41,026 nt of DNA from a virus (lineage: Duplodnaviria > Heunggongvirae > Uroviricota > Caudoviricetes). Shown here in pieces: positions 1 through 14,000 of the stretch; positions within the stretch are counted from its first letter, which is position 1; each line of letters begins with the position of its first letter. The position numbers and the translations under genes are program-made. Under the pieces are notes generated by a model, which saw only the letters and a program-made list of their open reading frames with translations, ran no database searches and was not told where the DNA came from. The stretch lies in IMG/VR virus record IMGVR_UViG_3300021255_000060, positions 126,961-167,986 of that record, one strand, 5' to 3'.

Positions 1-2
1 CA

Positions 3-221
3 AGAAGGGTCTCTACAAATCCAGTTTTGTTGAATAATATTGGAATTTTTGCAAGACCTTTTGTAAGTGCTGGTTTTGCAAGTGATAGAATTACACCAGA
101 ATATCAAAAACAATTAGAATCTGCAAGAAATAATACCGATTTTGAAGTTAAAGAAAAGCAAAATGGTGGAATTGTAAAAAGGCAGAATAACGCCAAAACA
201 AATAGAAAACAAAATAAATAA
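3..221 (+). CDS. 3' end of a gene starting upstream of the window (hypothetical protein)
   Basis: Open frame from position 3 to TAA 219-221; next gene starts at 225. Confidence 0.6.
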   Translation, partial: RRVSTNPVLLNNIGIFARPFVSAGFASDRITPEYQKQLESARNNTDFEVKEKQNGGIVKRQNNAKTNRKQNK

Positions 222-224
222 TAT

Positions 225-797
225 ATGCAAATCTTTATATTCGATAATAGTACAAATACTCTTCGAATAGACGATTATACCATATTATTAATAAAAGAAT
301 TTGCAAAACTATGGGAACCAGAGAGAAATAAATGTAAAGAAGATAAAACTGGAGAGAAAAGACTTCGGGCTTATAAAGAATTTACTTATATCTATCTGGT
401 TCTCGACTTTAAAAGTCCTTATTTTAAATCACCAATAAAAGATAGACAAGAAGCAGCATTAGTTGATTCTGGATTAACAGAAAAAGATCTTAAGGACGAA
501 GACTTTGCTGCAGCATTTAAGAAGTATGAAGAACTTCAAGATGCAGATCCAATTCTTACTTCTATTAAAGTAGCTTATAGAACATTGTATAAATTTCAAG
601 TTTACCTTGACAACATAGATTTTACAGAAGTTGACGTAGATGGTAAACCTATACATAAAGCTAAAGATATATTAGATTCTATTAAACAAATTAGTGTTAT
701 GCGCACTACTTTACAAGAATTGGAACAAACACATAAGACTGATTTGGCAGCACAATCTAAAATTAGAGGAGATGTTGAACAGGGCTTATTTGATTAG
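225..797 (+). CDS. Conserved crAss-like hypothetical protein upstream of TerL (candidate small terminase), 190 aa
   Basis: Clean ATG..TAG ORF immediately upstream of TerL. The small-terminase role is inferred from position only. Confidence 0.7.
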   Translation: MQIFIFDNSTNTLRIDDYTILLIKEFAKLWEPERNKCKEDKTGEKRLRAYKEFTYIYLVLDFKSPYFKSPIKDRQEAALVDSGLTEKDLKDEDFAAAFKKYEELQDADPILTSIKVAYRTLYKFQVYLDNIDFTEVDVDGKPIHKAKDILDSIKQISVMRTTLQELEQTHKTDLAAQSKIRGDVEQGLFD

Positions 798-806
798 AGG
801 GATAAT

Positions 807-3086
807 ATGGCTAAGAAGAGTATAATAGATCCAAAGTGTCTTAAAGATGAAAAACCAAAACCTAAGAAAAAGAAAGTTGAGACACCTTTGGAGAAAAGGA
901 ATAAAATACCGAAATTTACAGAAAACTATGAAGAAAGTTTAATAAGGCAGTTATTTGAAGAGAAAGAAAACAAGATTAAGTCAATTGATTTATCTTCAGT
1001 GCGAGAACAAGAAGATAAACTATGAGTTCACCACAAACGAAATGGCGCAGAATGAGATGTACCAATTGACGAAAAAATTGAATATTTTGATCCAGAACTG
1101 TCTTATGAAATTACTGGATACCGTCCAATTACAATGGAACAAGGTTTGGATTTTGATCCAAAGCCATTTAGAGAATGTGCTATAACTTTTGAATCTACTG
1201 GTAAATATACAGAGTTTCCTAATGGATCTGTACCAAATAAAAAATTTTGAAATAGAGAGATGGATAGGCTTAAAAATGGACTTACTATAGGAAAATATAG
1301 AATTACTGGAGACCATTATTATTTTCTTAATTATTATCGTATGCAGACTGTATTAGAAAATGCAACTGCTGGTACTGGTCGTGAATATAATTTTCCTACT
1401 TTCTTATCAAAACAATACGAGTGGTTTCATTATGTAGAAATGGCTGAAAAATTAGGCTTAAATGTTGGAGCACTAAAAGGTAGAGGTACTGGATGGTCAG
1501 AAATGACAGCTGCGATGTCTGTACGACCATATACTTCAAATCCGGCATATAGAGTGGTTCTTACTGCTTTTGATGATGGTAAATTACAACCACTTCGTGA
1601 TAAATGTTGATATCAGTTAAACTGGTTAAATGCTAACGCATATGGATTCCGGCATATTCGTCAAGTTGTAGATAATGCATATACTAAACGAGCATCCAAA
1701 CGAACAAAAGAAGGAGCTGAAGTTGGATGGATGGCAGAAATACATTCTATTATAGCAGACAAGCCTTCAAAGATTAGAGGTGATCGTACAGATAGATTAG
1801 TGTACGAAGAAGCTGGGTCTAATACAGTTTTATCTAAGTCTTGAATTCAAGGTGACTCTTTAGTTGAATTGGGTGGTAAACACTTTGGAACAAAGATATT
1901 TTTAGGAACTGGAGGTGATGATACAGCATTAGAAGGTCTTGCTACAATGTTTAAGAATCCAAGAGGTGCAAAAGTTTTGCCTTATAAGAATTATGATACT
2001 ACAGAAGGCGATCCAGAAATAACTTGTTTCTTCTGTCCTTCACATAAATTTGCTTTAGTTAGTGAATATTTAGATAATCGTGGTGTAACTGATTGGGTTA
2101 GATTTAAAAAACATTACGAAGAGTATCGCAAAACTTTACATGGTCAAGATTATCTAGATGAATGTGCAGAACATTGTTTTACACCAGAAGAGGCCCTTTC
2201 TAAAACAGGAGAAAATTTATTTGATGCAGAATTAATTGCTGCAAGGATGTCTCAAATCATGACAAAACACAATTGGACAGAACCTAAAAAGATGATGCTG
2301 TTATGAGATAAAACTACAGATAAACAATGATCTAAAATCAATGCTTATGAGTCTCCGCATGGCAATGTACTTGTTGTAGAACCACCATTAACAACCGAAG
2401 ATGGTTCAGCATATAAAAATTTATATGTAGCTGGAATCGACTCTATTGATATTGGACAAGATGAATCTGCATCAGATACAGATGTTTCTGATTTCTGTAT
2501 TGTTATCAAGAAACGTATTAGAGGAATGGACGATCCAAAATATGTTGCTATATATAAAGAAAGACCAAGAGACATTAGACAAGCATATGAAACAGCGCAT
2601 AAGTTATTAGTTTGATATAATTGCAACGCTATGCTAGAAGCAACTAAAATAGGTATTCAAAGATTTTTAGAGGAACGTAAAGCATCCGATAGATTAATGA
2701 AACGCCCAGAATATGCAGTATCTAGTAGAGCAAAAAAGATAGCAACTAAAAAATTAATAGGTCTTACAGCAACAGAATCTGTTATTAAACATGGTTTGGA
2801 ATTAGTTGGAAACTTTCTTAACGATTATTGATATACTATAGATTTTCCTGACATTTTACAACAACTTTTAAAATATTCTTATAGCCAGAAACGTAAATTC
2901 GATATAGTGGCTGCGATGCAGATGGCTGAAGCAGGTGATGAAGAACTATTTGGATTGAATCCAGCTAAAGTAATAGATCAAAGTGCCGTGTGAGTAGATT
3001 TTGGATATTTCCGAGATAAAAATGGGCATGTACAACACGGTGCAATTCCATCAAATAATAAATATGAGACACGATGAAAGACATAG
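807..3086 (+). CDS. terL: Terminase large subunit, ~759 aa with TGA=Trp (ends 3077 if the last TGA is a stop)
   Basis: One frame joins ORFs 807, 1260, 1869 and 2631 across TGA only. Motifs: LKGRGTGWS (Walker A region), RLVYEEAGS (Walker B), YVAGIDSIDIG and KFDIVAA (RNase H-like nuclease). Confidence 0.95.
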
Positions 3087-3370
3087 ATACAGAGATACGT
3101 GAATTAATTAACAAAGTCACAGAAAGAGAGTATGTATCAAAACTTCATGTGGATTATACAGATGGTATATGGACACTTTATTTATATTTAAATAGAGAAT
3201 TAGTCCCTATGGTTATGAGCATTCAAGGAGATTATGAAAAATTTAAAGCTTTTGTTGCTCAAGAAATGAGAAAACGTAGATTACATGAAGTTAAATATTG
3301 AAAAACTAATAGAGAGTTGCCTGCTCTTAACTGTGATGAAGAAACAGGTGAATGGGAATTAGGATGATAA
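3074..3370 (+). CDS. Hypothetical protein between TerL and portal, ~98 aa with TGA=Trp
   Basis: ATG 3074 overlaps the TerL end; reads through TGA 3299 to TGA-TAA at 3365-3370, overlapping the portal ATG. Confidence 0.75.
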
Positions 3371-5583
3371 AAGAAAAAGAAATAGAAAAAATAAACCATT
3401 GTATTAGTGATTTGGTTTATGATAAAATAGCTTTAAAAAAGGCTTATAATTATTATCACGGTATTCGAGATGCCGAACAATTTAGACATATTGAGGAAAA
3501 TTACGGTATCGGAGTTCCAACATCTGTAGGATTCACACCGTTAATTAAAAAACACATTGATGTACTTGTCGGAGAATATCTTGAATTGGACCCTGATTTA
3601 CAAATTACTTGCAAAGATGAGGAAACACTCTCAAATATAATGAGGGATAAAAAACTCAAGATTGATAAAGAACTATATGAATTTTTACGCAAATATTTAC
3701 AAAACGCTATTGTAAATATTTTGTTAAATAGCCAACAACCTGTAAATGATCCTTTTATAGAAAAGGAAATGCAGAAAATTCAAAACGATATAGAACAAAG
3801 TTATATATCTGATTATGAAATTGCTGCACAGAACATTCTTTCATATATTAGAAATTCAAGAGATTTGGATTTGAAAAATAAAATGCGGGAATTATTTACA
3901 GACATATTAGTTGCTGGAATTTGTTATTATCGTGTTAGACCTAAAGGCGATAACATTTCGTTAGAAATATTAAACCCATTAGATACTTTTATAGAACGAA
4001 ATCAAAACGAATTTTATCTAAATAAATCTAGAAGAGCTGTAGTTAGAAGATGGCTAACAAAAGAACAGATTTTAGATGAATTCGGAGATGATTTAGGACC
4101 AGAAGCAATAGATCGATTAGAAGGAATGTTCGAAAGATATTCTTATGATGATAGAGCTGTTGTTGTAAGATCTACTGGAGCGTTATATGATGACAACGCA
4201 GATATACTTGGTAACGGAAAAACTCCGAGTCCTGGTATACTTGGTGGATTAGAAATTCATCCATTGTTTCCTTGGGATGAATCTGGCAGATATACTTATT
4301 CTAATGCTGACGTAATTGAAGTGTATGAATGTGAATGATTGGAATGAAGTAAAAAGAAAAATCGTTCAGTATTACATTATGGAGTAAGAATAGGAAATGA
4401 CATCTTTATTACTCCAGGAGAATCAAAATACTACGTTCAAAATAGAAGTAATCCAAAAGATGTTTCTTTAAACATCAACGGAATGTTTTTTAATGATAAA
4501 AACGGACAGCCGTATAGTCTTATGCTAGCTACAATGAACTTACAGGACAAATATGACTTACTACTGTACTGCAGAGATAATCTAATTGCTACTAGTGGTA
4601 CTGTAGGAGATTGAATTGATATAGCACATATTCCTGTAGCATTGGGAGTTAGTATGCCAGAAAGAATTATGAAATGACAAGCTTACAAAAAGAATGGTTT
4701 GGCATTATATGATTCTTCTCAAGAAGGTGCACAGATTCTTAATACAACTTTTAATGGATTTGATGATACTGTTAAAGCACAGTCTATCCAAGCAATTCAA
4801 ATTGCAATTGAATCGGTAGAAGCACAAGCATCTGCAACAACTGGAGTCTTTGCAGAAAAACTTGGAGGTATCCAAGAAAGAGATGCAGTGTCTAACGTTA
4901 AAGTGGGAATTCATCAATCCTCACTTCTTACAAAACAGTATTTCCATGCTATGGATTTGATGTATAAAGAAGTTAATTATGACCTATTAAATCTGGCAAA
5001 AGTAGTATATAAAAACGGAATCACTGGTTCTATTATTCTTGGAGATAGATTAGTAAAAACATTTACAGCACTTCCAGAACATTACACTTTAACTGATTTT
5101 GATATTCATATTCAAGATAGTTCAGAGGCATATAAAATGCGAGAGGACATAAAAGCAATTAACATTGAATTGATTAAAGCAGGTATGGTTGATGTACAAG
5201 ATACATTGTCTATTATTACTGCAAAGAATATGACTCAGTTAAAGAAGTATGTTGAACAATCTATTAAGAATAAAAAGGCCGAAAACGATATGATTGGGCA
5301 ACTTCAACAGCAAGTTGAACAAATGACAAATGAAAAGAAGCAATACGAACAACAAATGCAACAACTTAATTCTGAAATTCAACGTCTACAAAGTCAGGTT
5401 GAAAACAATAATAGAGAAAAACTTCAAATTGAGAAACAAAAAGTTGCAATTGATGAACAAGTTGCAAAAGATAAAAAGGATTACAATGATAAACTTATTG
5501 AAGTTAAAGAAAAGCAACTTAATGCAGAAATATTGCAAATTAGAGATGGAAATCCTTATAACGACCAAATAAGAGACGTATAA
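3364..5583 (+). CDS. Portal protein, ~739 aa with TGA=Trp
   Basis: Joins ORFs 3352 and 4699 across four TGA. crAss-portal-like sequence (AYNYYHG, TPLIKKHIDVLVGEYL, GICYYRV), C-terminal coiled coil, follows TerL. Confidence 0.92.
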
Positions 5584-5584
5584 T

Positions 5585-6334
5585 ATGGACAGTAGACTTT
5601 TTATGGAAATTGGAATCAACGACAATGGAAATCTATATGTAGTAGATAACTCTCCATATGAACGTTGAATTGAAGAATACGAAGAGGATATAGACCATGT
5701 AGTTTTTGAAAGAGTTTTAAAAATCACAACAGATGATTTGGATTATGAAGTGGTAGACGAAATATCTAATCCTGCTACATCTATCAATGAATTGAGAGCA
5801 GACAAAGAATTTGAATTACCAGAAGATAATTATTATCGTTATCAAAAAATGATAATCCCAACTGTAGAACATCGTGGAGATTCTACATGCTATGCTAGAC
5901 AAATCACTGTTACAATGAATGGTAAAGATCAAATCGATTATGCGATATATATTCTAGAAAACGATATACCAAGACAAGTTGATTTTACAGAAGCATTTGA
6001 TTATGTAAATAACGTAAATACTGGTAATGCATTTTGATTTGATGATGATATATTCTCTATATATAATTTAATAAAATGCTATATTCTAACAGAAAAGGAA
6101 AGATTAGCAGATTGATTAAAGAATAATTGTAAAGCAAATTGTGATAAGTTATCTTTGGTTAATACTAATGCAGATATGTTAATGGCTGCAGTTACAGTAT
6201 TAACTTACTTGATATCTAAAAGACAATTTTTGGAAGCATTTAGATTGTTAAATGGATTATCTACTTGTGGAACTTTATGTAAAGATTTTAGAAACAATAT
6301 AAAGGGTTGCGGTTGTGGAAAATCTGTATATTAG
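5585..6334 (+). CDS. Putative structural protein with Cys-rich C-terminus (CGTLC...GCGCGK), 249 aa with TGA=Trp
   Basis: ATG 5585, three in-frame TGA, TAG 6332-6334; abuts the portal stop. Confidence 0.75.
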
Positions 6335-6506
6335 ACTATATGAGTTGTTAAAAGAAGAAATGTCCGAGTTACGTCTCGGACATTCTTTTAACAGAGAAAG
6401 GATGGCTGAAATGAGAGAATTATGTCACATATTGACATATTTAAAATATGTGGATATGGGCAGTACAGATGTAATGCAAATATTCCAATATTATGACAAC
6501 TTATAA
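6315..6506 (+). CDS. Small hypothetical protein, 63 aa
   Basis: GTG-start ORF overlapping both neighbours in a tightly packed operon. Confidence 0.65.
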   Translation: MENLYIRLYELLKEEMSELRLGHSFNRERMAEMRELCHILTYLKYVDMGSTDVMQIFQYYDNL

Positions 6507-9500
6507 TAAACTTCCATATTCTAATCAATTTGAAAGAGGACATTCTTTTAATTGAGCTGGACATTGAAAAGAAGGCAGATATTATTATAATGATTCATAT
6601 GTTACCGATTTTGTAGTATTAGAGAACGTTGTATTAGTTTGTAGAAAAAATCATTTATCTTCAGATAAGCCAGAATTTGTATATAAAGACGGAAAAATTG
6701 TAGATATTAAATCTCCATTTTGAGAGTTTGTTCTTTGTGCTGAAGCTAGTGGTGGTGTCGCTATAACATCTGCTGAATTTATTGCAAATGCAACATATGA
6801 TGATTTTATTGCAGATCCAAATGTAATAATTGGAGACCCTTATATAAAAATGTACTTTTACTCAGGAGCATATTTATATACTCCTGTAAAAGATATAATT
6901 ACACAATATAAAGTAGGCATTCCGGTTTTAACACAAGCAATGTATGATGAGTTGCCAGACGTTACGAAACCTGATAAATGGTTACAAATTCCAGATGAAA
7001 CTGATTTAACTGAAACTGATGCTGGAGATTATTTGAATATATTATTCTCAGCAATCAGGAAATTACAAGCAGAAGTTACAAAATTAAAAAATTCGTTTGA
7101 TTATGGTATTGTATCTTATACTGGTACTGATACAGCCATGTCTGCAGTTGTTTCAGAATATGATAAAACAGAATCAGAAGAACCTTTATGGTCAATAGAT
7201 GAAGATGATTTATCTATCGTGGAAAATGCTACAATTGACTTTAAATCTCAATCAATACCGCCATTTGTTCCAGTAAACAACTTCCAATATAATGCAAACG
7301 GAGTAGCAAATATTACAGGTACTGTAAAATGAACAGATCCAGAAGAGGAAGGATTTAAAGAGCGCACTTCTGATACTAAGATTTTATTGTATCTTACAAC
7401 CACTACGTTGCATGATACATTTAACTTAGTTGGAATGTATGATAATTCTAGACTTAGTATAGATCTATCTACATTACCAATTCCTGCTGCTAATGATAAT
7501 AAATATAATATTTGTTTTCTTATATCTAGAAACGTTCAGTTAGATGAAGATTCAGAAGAAAAATATGGAGATAACTATATATGAATTAGTGTAAGCTCAT
7601 TTTTAAACGATATTGTTTTACTTGAAGGTTTTTATGACCCGTCTAATGGTAGAATTTCAAAAAGTCAAGTAAATATAGATACAGCTTATACAATTCAATC
7701 TGTTGATCTTGGAGTAGGAGATCTTTATAAATTTAAAGGTTGTTCCAAATATCAAGATTTTAGCAGAAAAGTAATCCCAAGTAAACCAAACGAAAGTGAT
7801 TATAGATATAAAGTAGCACACTTAACCATTAGATCTGTTGACAATTTTGCAGAATTAGAATCTGTAGAAGATTATCTTCTAGAAAACGAAATGATTTGGC
7901 AAGCAGATGAAGATATTTTATGAATTAAAACTAAAAAGGGACTTCGTACAATAGGAAGTTCTGATGGAGGAGACGACTCAGGTATGACACAAGAAGAAAT
8001 ATTACAAATGTTGAAAGACATGGGGATTGTGTATGTTGATGATACAGGTCTCCAACTATCAGACATTTCTGACATTACATTTATAAATGAAGATACTGGT
8101 AAACGATTTAAATTTGGAGTAACTTCAGAAGGAGAATTAAAAAGCGATGAAGTTCCAACTGAAAAATTAAAGGATATTGTTTCTCGTCTTGGAAGTAACC
8201 TTTCAGATAGTACTGGAAAAAGAGGTTTTATTTCAAGATTACTGTGTAGAACAGATGGAAATAATATAGATGCTTCTGCAGAAAAATCAGATCTTAGGCT
8301 TAGATCAGATAGACTGAAAATTGGAGCATTTTATGCGCCATTAAAAACTGATACCAAATTTGGATGTTCGCATGGATATATCGAATTAGAAAATACATCT
8401 GATTCTGATATTCCTTTAGACAATGTGTATCTTCATTTTATGCATCCAGATTCAACTAATGCATTAGTTATAGATAAACTTGAATTGGATGGTTATATTC
8501 CAGCTGGAGGTACTTATTTAATTAGATGTAAACAGTATGCAGATCCAAAAGTTAATGCAGATGTATTCATAAATGTAAATACTTTTGATAAAGAATGGTT
8601 TATTAATGGTGAATTAATGGACCTTAGAGTAGATACAGAAAATACATATGGGTTTCTATTAACATATGGTGATAAAGATGGAAATAATGAAATTACATAT
8701 CAATCATTGTTTATTTCTAAAAATACTGGTGATGTAGATTCTAAAGCGATTTATAGTTATAAATGGTTCTTTATCGATGCTATTATTTTAAATCGAGATC
8801 CATCTAATACCACAAATCAATATTGAGGGTACACTGGAAACGCTAGTAACGCTATAAAACCAAAATCTAATACTATCATTAAAAATACGTTTGAATTAGA
8901 TCCAGCAAAACAAGCGTATCAATCACATACAACATATGATAGTTCAAGATATAGAGTTGAATCTAAAGCAACTGATGTACAGTATCTAAATCTAGATAAA
9001 GAATATATAGAGTTTCCACATACAGTAGATAAATTTCCAGTTAGTAATTATACGCCAAAATCTTCCAGACAGCACAAAAATGTTTCTACAGACAAGACTA
9101 AATTAAACATGGATAAACCAAATATGGTTACTTGTTCATTTGGAATTAATGCTTATAATACAAGAACATTTAATTGGATATCTGCTGGACAATTTGATGA
9201 ATATGTTTGATTAAAATCCGGAAGTAATTGAATCAAATTCGAATCTTACAAAGCATCTGATGCAGATAAAGAAGAACTTGTATCATTTCCTAAAAGAAAG
9301 GAATGAAGTGCCGATGCAATAAATAATATCTATAAACGCATTGTTGGAGATTTTCCTGGAGATGGATCAAAATACACTTCTCATAAATGTATAATTCAAT
9401 TAATTGCTGATTCTGTAGATAATCCTACAACATATACATATATTGTTGGTAGAGCAGATAAAAATGGTAATCCTGATTTTGAACATTGTTCAGAAGAATA

Positions 9501-11052
9501 CACATTTACATTGTACCCAACTAGTTATATTCCTAGAATCTATCAAACAACAGATCAGCAAGGTTTCCATTGAATTGAATACCAAGTTTGAGCAGCTGCT
9601 GCAGACAAATTAAATTCTAAAATTTTAAGTGATTGCCAAAATGAAAACATCATTCCAGTCTTGCTTAATACTGGAGACATGACACAAAATGGTACTCGTA
9701 TCAACGAATGATTAGATTATTATAACGCTGGTATTAATTTGTTTAAACATCTTGAACAAGTAAATGTTGTAGGTAATAATGATCTATGTAATACAGATCC
9801 AGAAATACTTGGAACTGGCGACGATAATGGTAAATCTAATAGCTTCTATTTTCATGTATTTTATTGCTACGAAATAAACGAAAACAATATACCTTTGATT
9901 ACTGGAGATAATGGAGATAAAAAGTATGTTCCTTCATTATATTACATTGATTTTTCAAAGTATCGTTTTGTTATAGTTAATAGTGAGATTACATATGTAA
10001 ATTGTGATGCATGATTTAATAGGCATAAAACAGTAAATGGTACAAAGTATCCAATTAATGTTTATACTGGATGAGCAATAAACAATAAAGAGATAAATAT
10101 TGATTCTACTGATTATTTTGATAGTGGATTTACAAGCATTTATACAATGGTTTACAATATGCTTAATTCTGCTTCTGGAAAGAATGTTATAACAATCTGT
10201 CATGAAATGCCATTTACCGTTATTACAAGGGATGGACTTTCTCCATCAAATAAGAATAATTATCGTTCATTAAGTGGATCTGGTAAATCACTTATTGGAA
10301 GTCATACGAATCAAATTAATGGATATGATATTGTTGGAATTCATTGATTTAGCAGATTAATGGAATTTTTTAATGTTAAATTGTGTCTAGGCGGGCATAA
10401 GCATACATATGCTTGTACTTTCCCAATTTGCGAATATTATTATTACGATAATGGAAATAAAAATAGTTTAACTGATGGATTTATGACTATGGAAAGTACT
10501 CTTGAAAATGAGCTTTCTGTTAATTGAATGTTTGGAGAAACTAATTTAACTAAAAAACCTTTAATTGACAGTTCTTGGTCTAATTCTTATGATTTTACTG
10601 AAGATACATTACATTTTTCTCCAGCAGCACTTGTAGATTTAAGTGATACTACAAAACATCATCCAGTAGTTTATATGATGTGCCAGGCATCTGGTTATAA
10701 GTTGACTTCTAATAAAGAACTACCTAGTATATATCAACATTTTTCTAGAGTTATTCCAGAAACATCTGAAGGATCTGGAAGTGGAAGTGATACGGCTGAT
10801 ACAAATCAACAATTCCCAATGATATGTATTACTAAGTTTACGGAATCTAATAATTCTGTTACATATTCTATTGAACTGGCAAGAATTCATAATATTTTAA
10901 ATAATAAACAAAAGTTCACACAACAAGCGTTTGGTACGAAAGCCCCATTATTTTCTTACGCTAATATTAATCAGGGAAGATTTATTTCTTGAACAATAGA
11001 TAAAGATTCTACTACGGGCGCAGAAACGGAAACTACTTTAATAACAATTTAA
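6493..11052 (+). CDS. Giant putative virion protein, 1519 aa with TGA=Trp: lamin-tail-like domain + purple-acid-phosphatase-like metallophosphoesterase
   Basis: One frame from ATG 6493 to TAA 11050 joins ORFs 6850, 7387, 7984, 9739, 10147 and 10528. LTD-like YIELENTSDSDIPLD...IPAGGTYLIR; metallophosphoesterase motifs TTDQQ (9547), TGDMTQNG (9670), VGNND, CHEMP, GGHKHTY. Confidence 0.85.
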
Positions 11053-11053
11053 T

Positions 11054-14000
11054 ATGAAGCTTAACGGTAAATCTAACGTAATAACAGATGTAGATATAAC
11101 TCTCACCAATACCAAACACATTGGTGAGAGTCTACACTCTGTAATAGAAGAAACAGACGAACGTCTAGATAAACTGGAATCTAACATTAAATGAGTATAT
11201 GAAAATGGTGGTGTTGGTTCTGGTTCTGGCGGTGGTGGAGGAAGTTCTACAAAATGATATATTCGTGCAACATTAGGTGGTATTGCTCTTGAATCAAATA
11301 GTACCGTACCGTTAAGTAATGGTGCTGGAACATACACACTTAGATTGTATACTAGTGGTGGTTCTGGAGACTATAGTGTGTCTTATACTGTTGGTAAAAA
11401 TCCTACAAGAACTGTTAAATTAAATGCGGATAATGGGTGAGCTGTAAACGTATCGTTGGATCTTCAAGAAAATGGAATTATTGAAATAATCGCAAAAGAT
11501 GGTATAATTACTAGAGAAATAACAGGTGTATCATATATTGTTATTCCTTATGCTTTTAGTGTTCCTGCACTATATAGACGCGATGGTAGTCAATATGCAT
11601 CGTCTAGTGGTGATATTGGTGTAAATATTGCTCAAAGAAATGGAATTGTTTTAAAAGCTCCATATATAATTGCAACTCCTGCTCAATTATGTGAATATAA
11701 ATGATATCAAAATGGAGTTGAAATTCAAGACGCTGGAGGAACAATAAGTGATGCTTCTGGAGAGATAATATATGAAATTCCAAGATCGTTAATAGAAAAC
11801 GACAATGCTGGATTATACACATATCAACTAGTTGTGAGTCTATTACCTGTTGGAGCAGTAGAACCAGTAATAATAAGTAATAGCTGTTCATTTAACTTAA
11901 TTCCAGAAACTCTTTATTTAAAAATATCTCCGACTAATTCTGGTGAGGTTATATATACATCTGATGATATTGAAGATCCATATTATTTTGCCACTAATAC
12001 TAAAATTGCACTTAATGTACGTATCTATAAAGGTTTGTCTTCTCAAAACTTGTCTGGATGAGTTAGATGAGAAGTAAATGGAGAAGATCCAGAGTCTTAT
12101 GATGGAAACGGTTCATTAAATGTTACTGATGGATATACTTATAAAATAACAACCCATTTTTTAAACCCAGGAGTAAATAAAGTAACTTTTTACTATGCAT
12201 TAAATGGAGAGCAAGGAACTCCAATTGAAAAGTACTTTTATTGTAAAGAAGTATCTACATCTTATAATTGATTTTTTCAAACAGATACTTCAAATAATAA
12301 TCCAGAAACAAGACGTTATTATATTCCTTCAGAAACTAGTGGTACAACTAAATTATACGGTATAACTGGTGTTTCTGAATCAGCTCTATATATAGAAAAA
12401 AAGAAATCTGATGAATCAGATACAATACTGACAGTTACAGAAAATTACGATGATGGTCAATATACAGGCGATAATCAAATGCTTAATTTTGGTATCCAGT
12501 ATAATGATATCAACAATACAGTTAACCCATTAATTACTTGTTATGATATAACTGGTAGTGAAGCGATTACAATCTATCAAAATAAAATTGTATTTGGAGG
12601 TCAGTTTTCGCAGTCTCCATTAGATTGTAATGTTTTCTTACATAAAGAAGTTGATTATGATCCGGAAAATCCTAAAAAATACCATCTACTAACAATAAAT
12701 GTAGCAACGTGTTATCAAGCAGACAATAATTATTATTATGAAATAACCACATACTTAGACGGTAAAATAGAAGGTACTGTAAGTACTAAAACTATTGCAT
12801 CTGCCAGAATAAATACGGTTGCATTACACAATTCTAACTTCTCTTTAAATCATTTTGAAATTTCAAGTTGAGGTACAAGTGATATAAGACGTGTTTATGA
12901 TATTGATATAAATTGATACTATAATAGTTATGCAGATCGTATTGGATTATCTATTGATCCAGAAGAAACTGAAATTCTAACTCAAATGTTTGATACGTCT
13001 GGAGTTCAGTCTAAACCTAATTATGATATGAATAATCGATTAATTAAGGTTGATGCTGGAATGCCAGAAAATATTGCAGGAAAAATAGATGTTCCAGTAA
13101 TGGTAATAACTTGCAATAAAGATATCATTTATCAAGGAGCGAAAACAGATATTTTTACTTGGATGAACACTTCATATACAGATGGGCAAGTAGGCTTAAA
13201 CTCTGTAACATTGGATGTTCAAAAACTAGAATGGTGTCCTGGAATAAATAAAGAACTAAAAGAAATTAAATTAGAAGGAGAAAATGAAGAAGTTTTGGGA
13301 AGCTTTACATTAGATTTGCAGGGTTCTTCTACAATGACAAATAAAGCGAAAAACTTTACTTTAGCTGTCGAACCTTCTGAATCTATTGCATCACAAAATA
13401 AAGCCGTTCTATTTTCTCCAAATTTTGTTTCTGATGAAGCTTCAACATTCTTACCAGAACGTGCATTTACATTAAAGGCGGATGATGTGGACTCTTCACA
13501 CTCAAATAATACTGCTGTTGGTAAATTTGTAAATGAGAATAATAACTGAAATTATCGTAATATGATTGATTTAATTGGTGTTGAAGATGCCATTAAATCT
13601 CATATTAAACAATGTTTGGAAGGTTTTGCGATGTTGTTATTCTTACAAGTTAAGTATCGTGAAGGTAATACAGACTATAACGATTATTATTATCTTGGAA
13701 TTTATAATTTTAACTTAGGCCGTAATTCTTATTTTAATCTTGGATATACAGATTTAAAACAACTAAGTAGTGTAGAATTAGATGAAAGTGCATTAGACCA
13801 TAATGGTTTTGCTCTATGCGTAGCAAGTGTAGAACCTGTTGCTGGTTTTGTAGCTGCTGAAATTCAAGATAATTCACCGTATTGAGATTTTTCACAATAC
13901 GATCCATCTATTTTATTTCCACTAAATGATACTGAAAGTTCTGGATTTATGTTCGGAGATTTTGTATATGCCCCTAATACTGAAAGTGTTTCTACTAGTA

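Noticed and set aside
807-5583. Introns or inteins in TerL or portal
   Set aside because: Both read as continuous frames of ordinary length under TGA=Trp, with no homing-endonuclease or splicing motifs seen.
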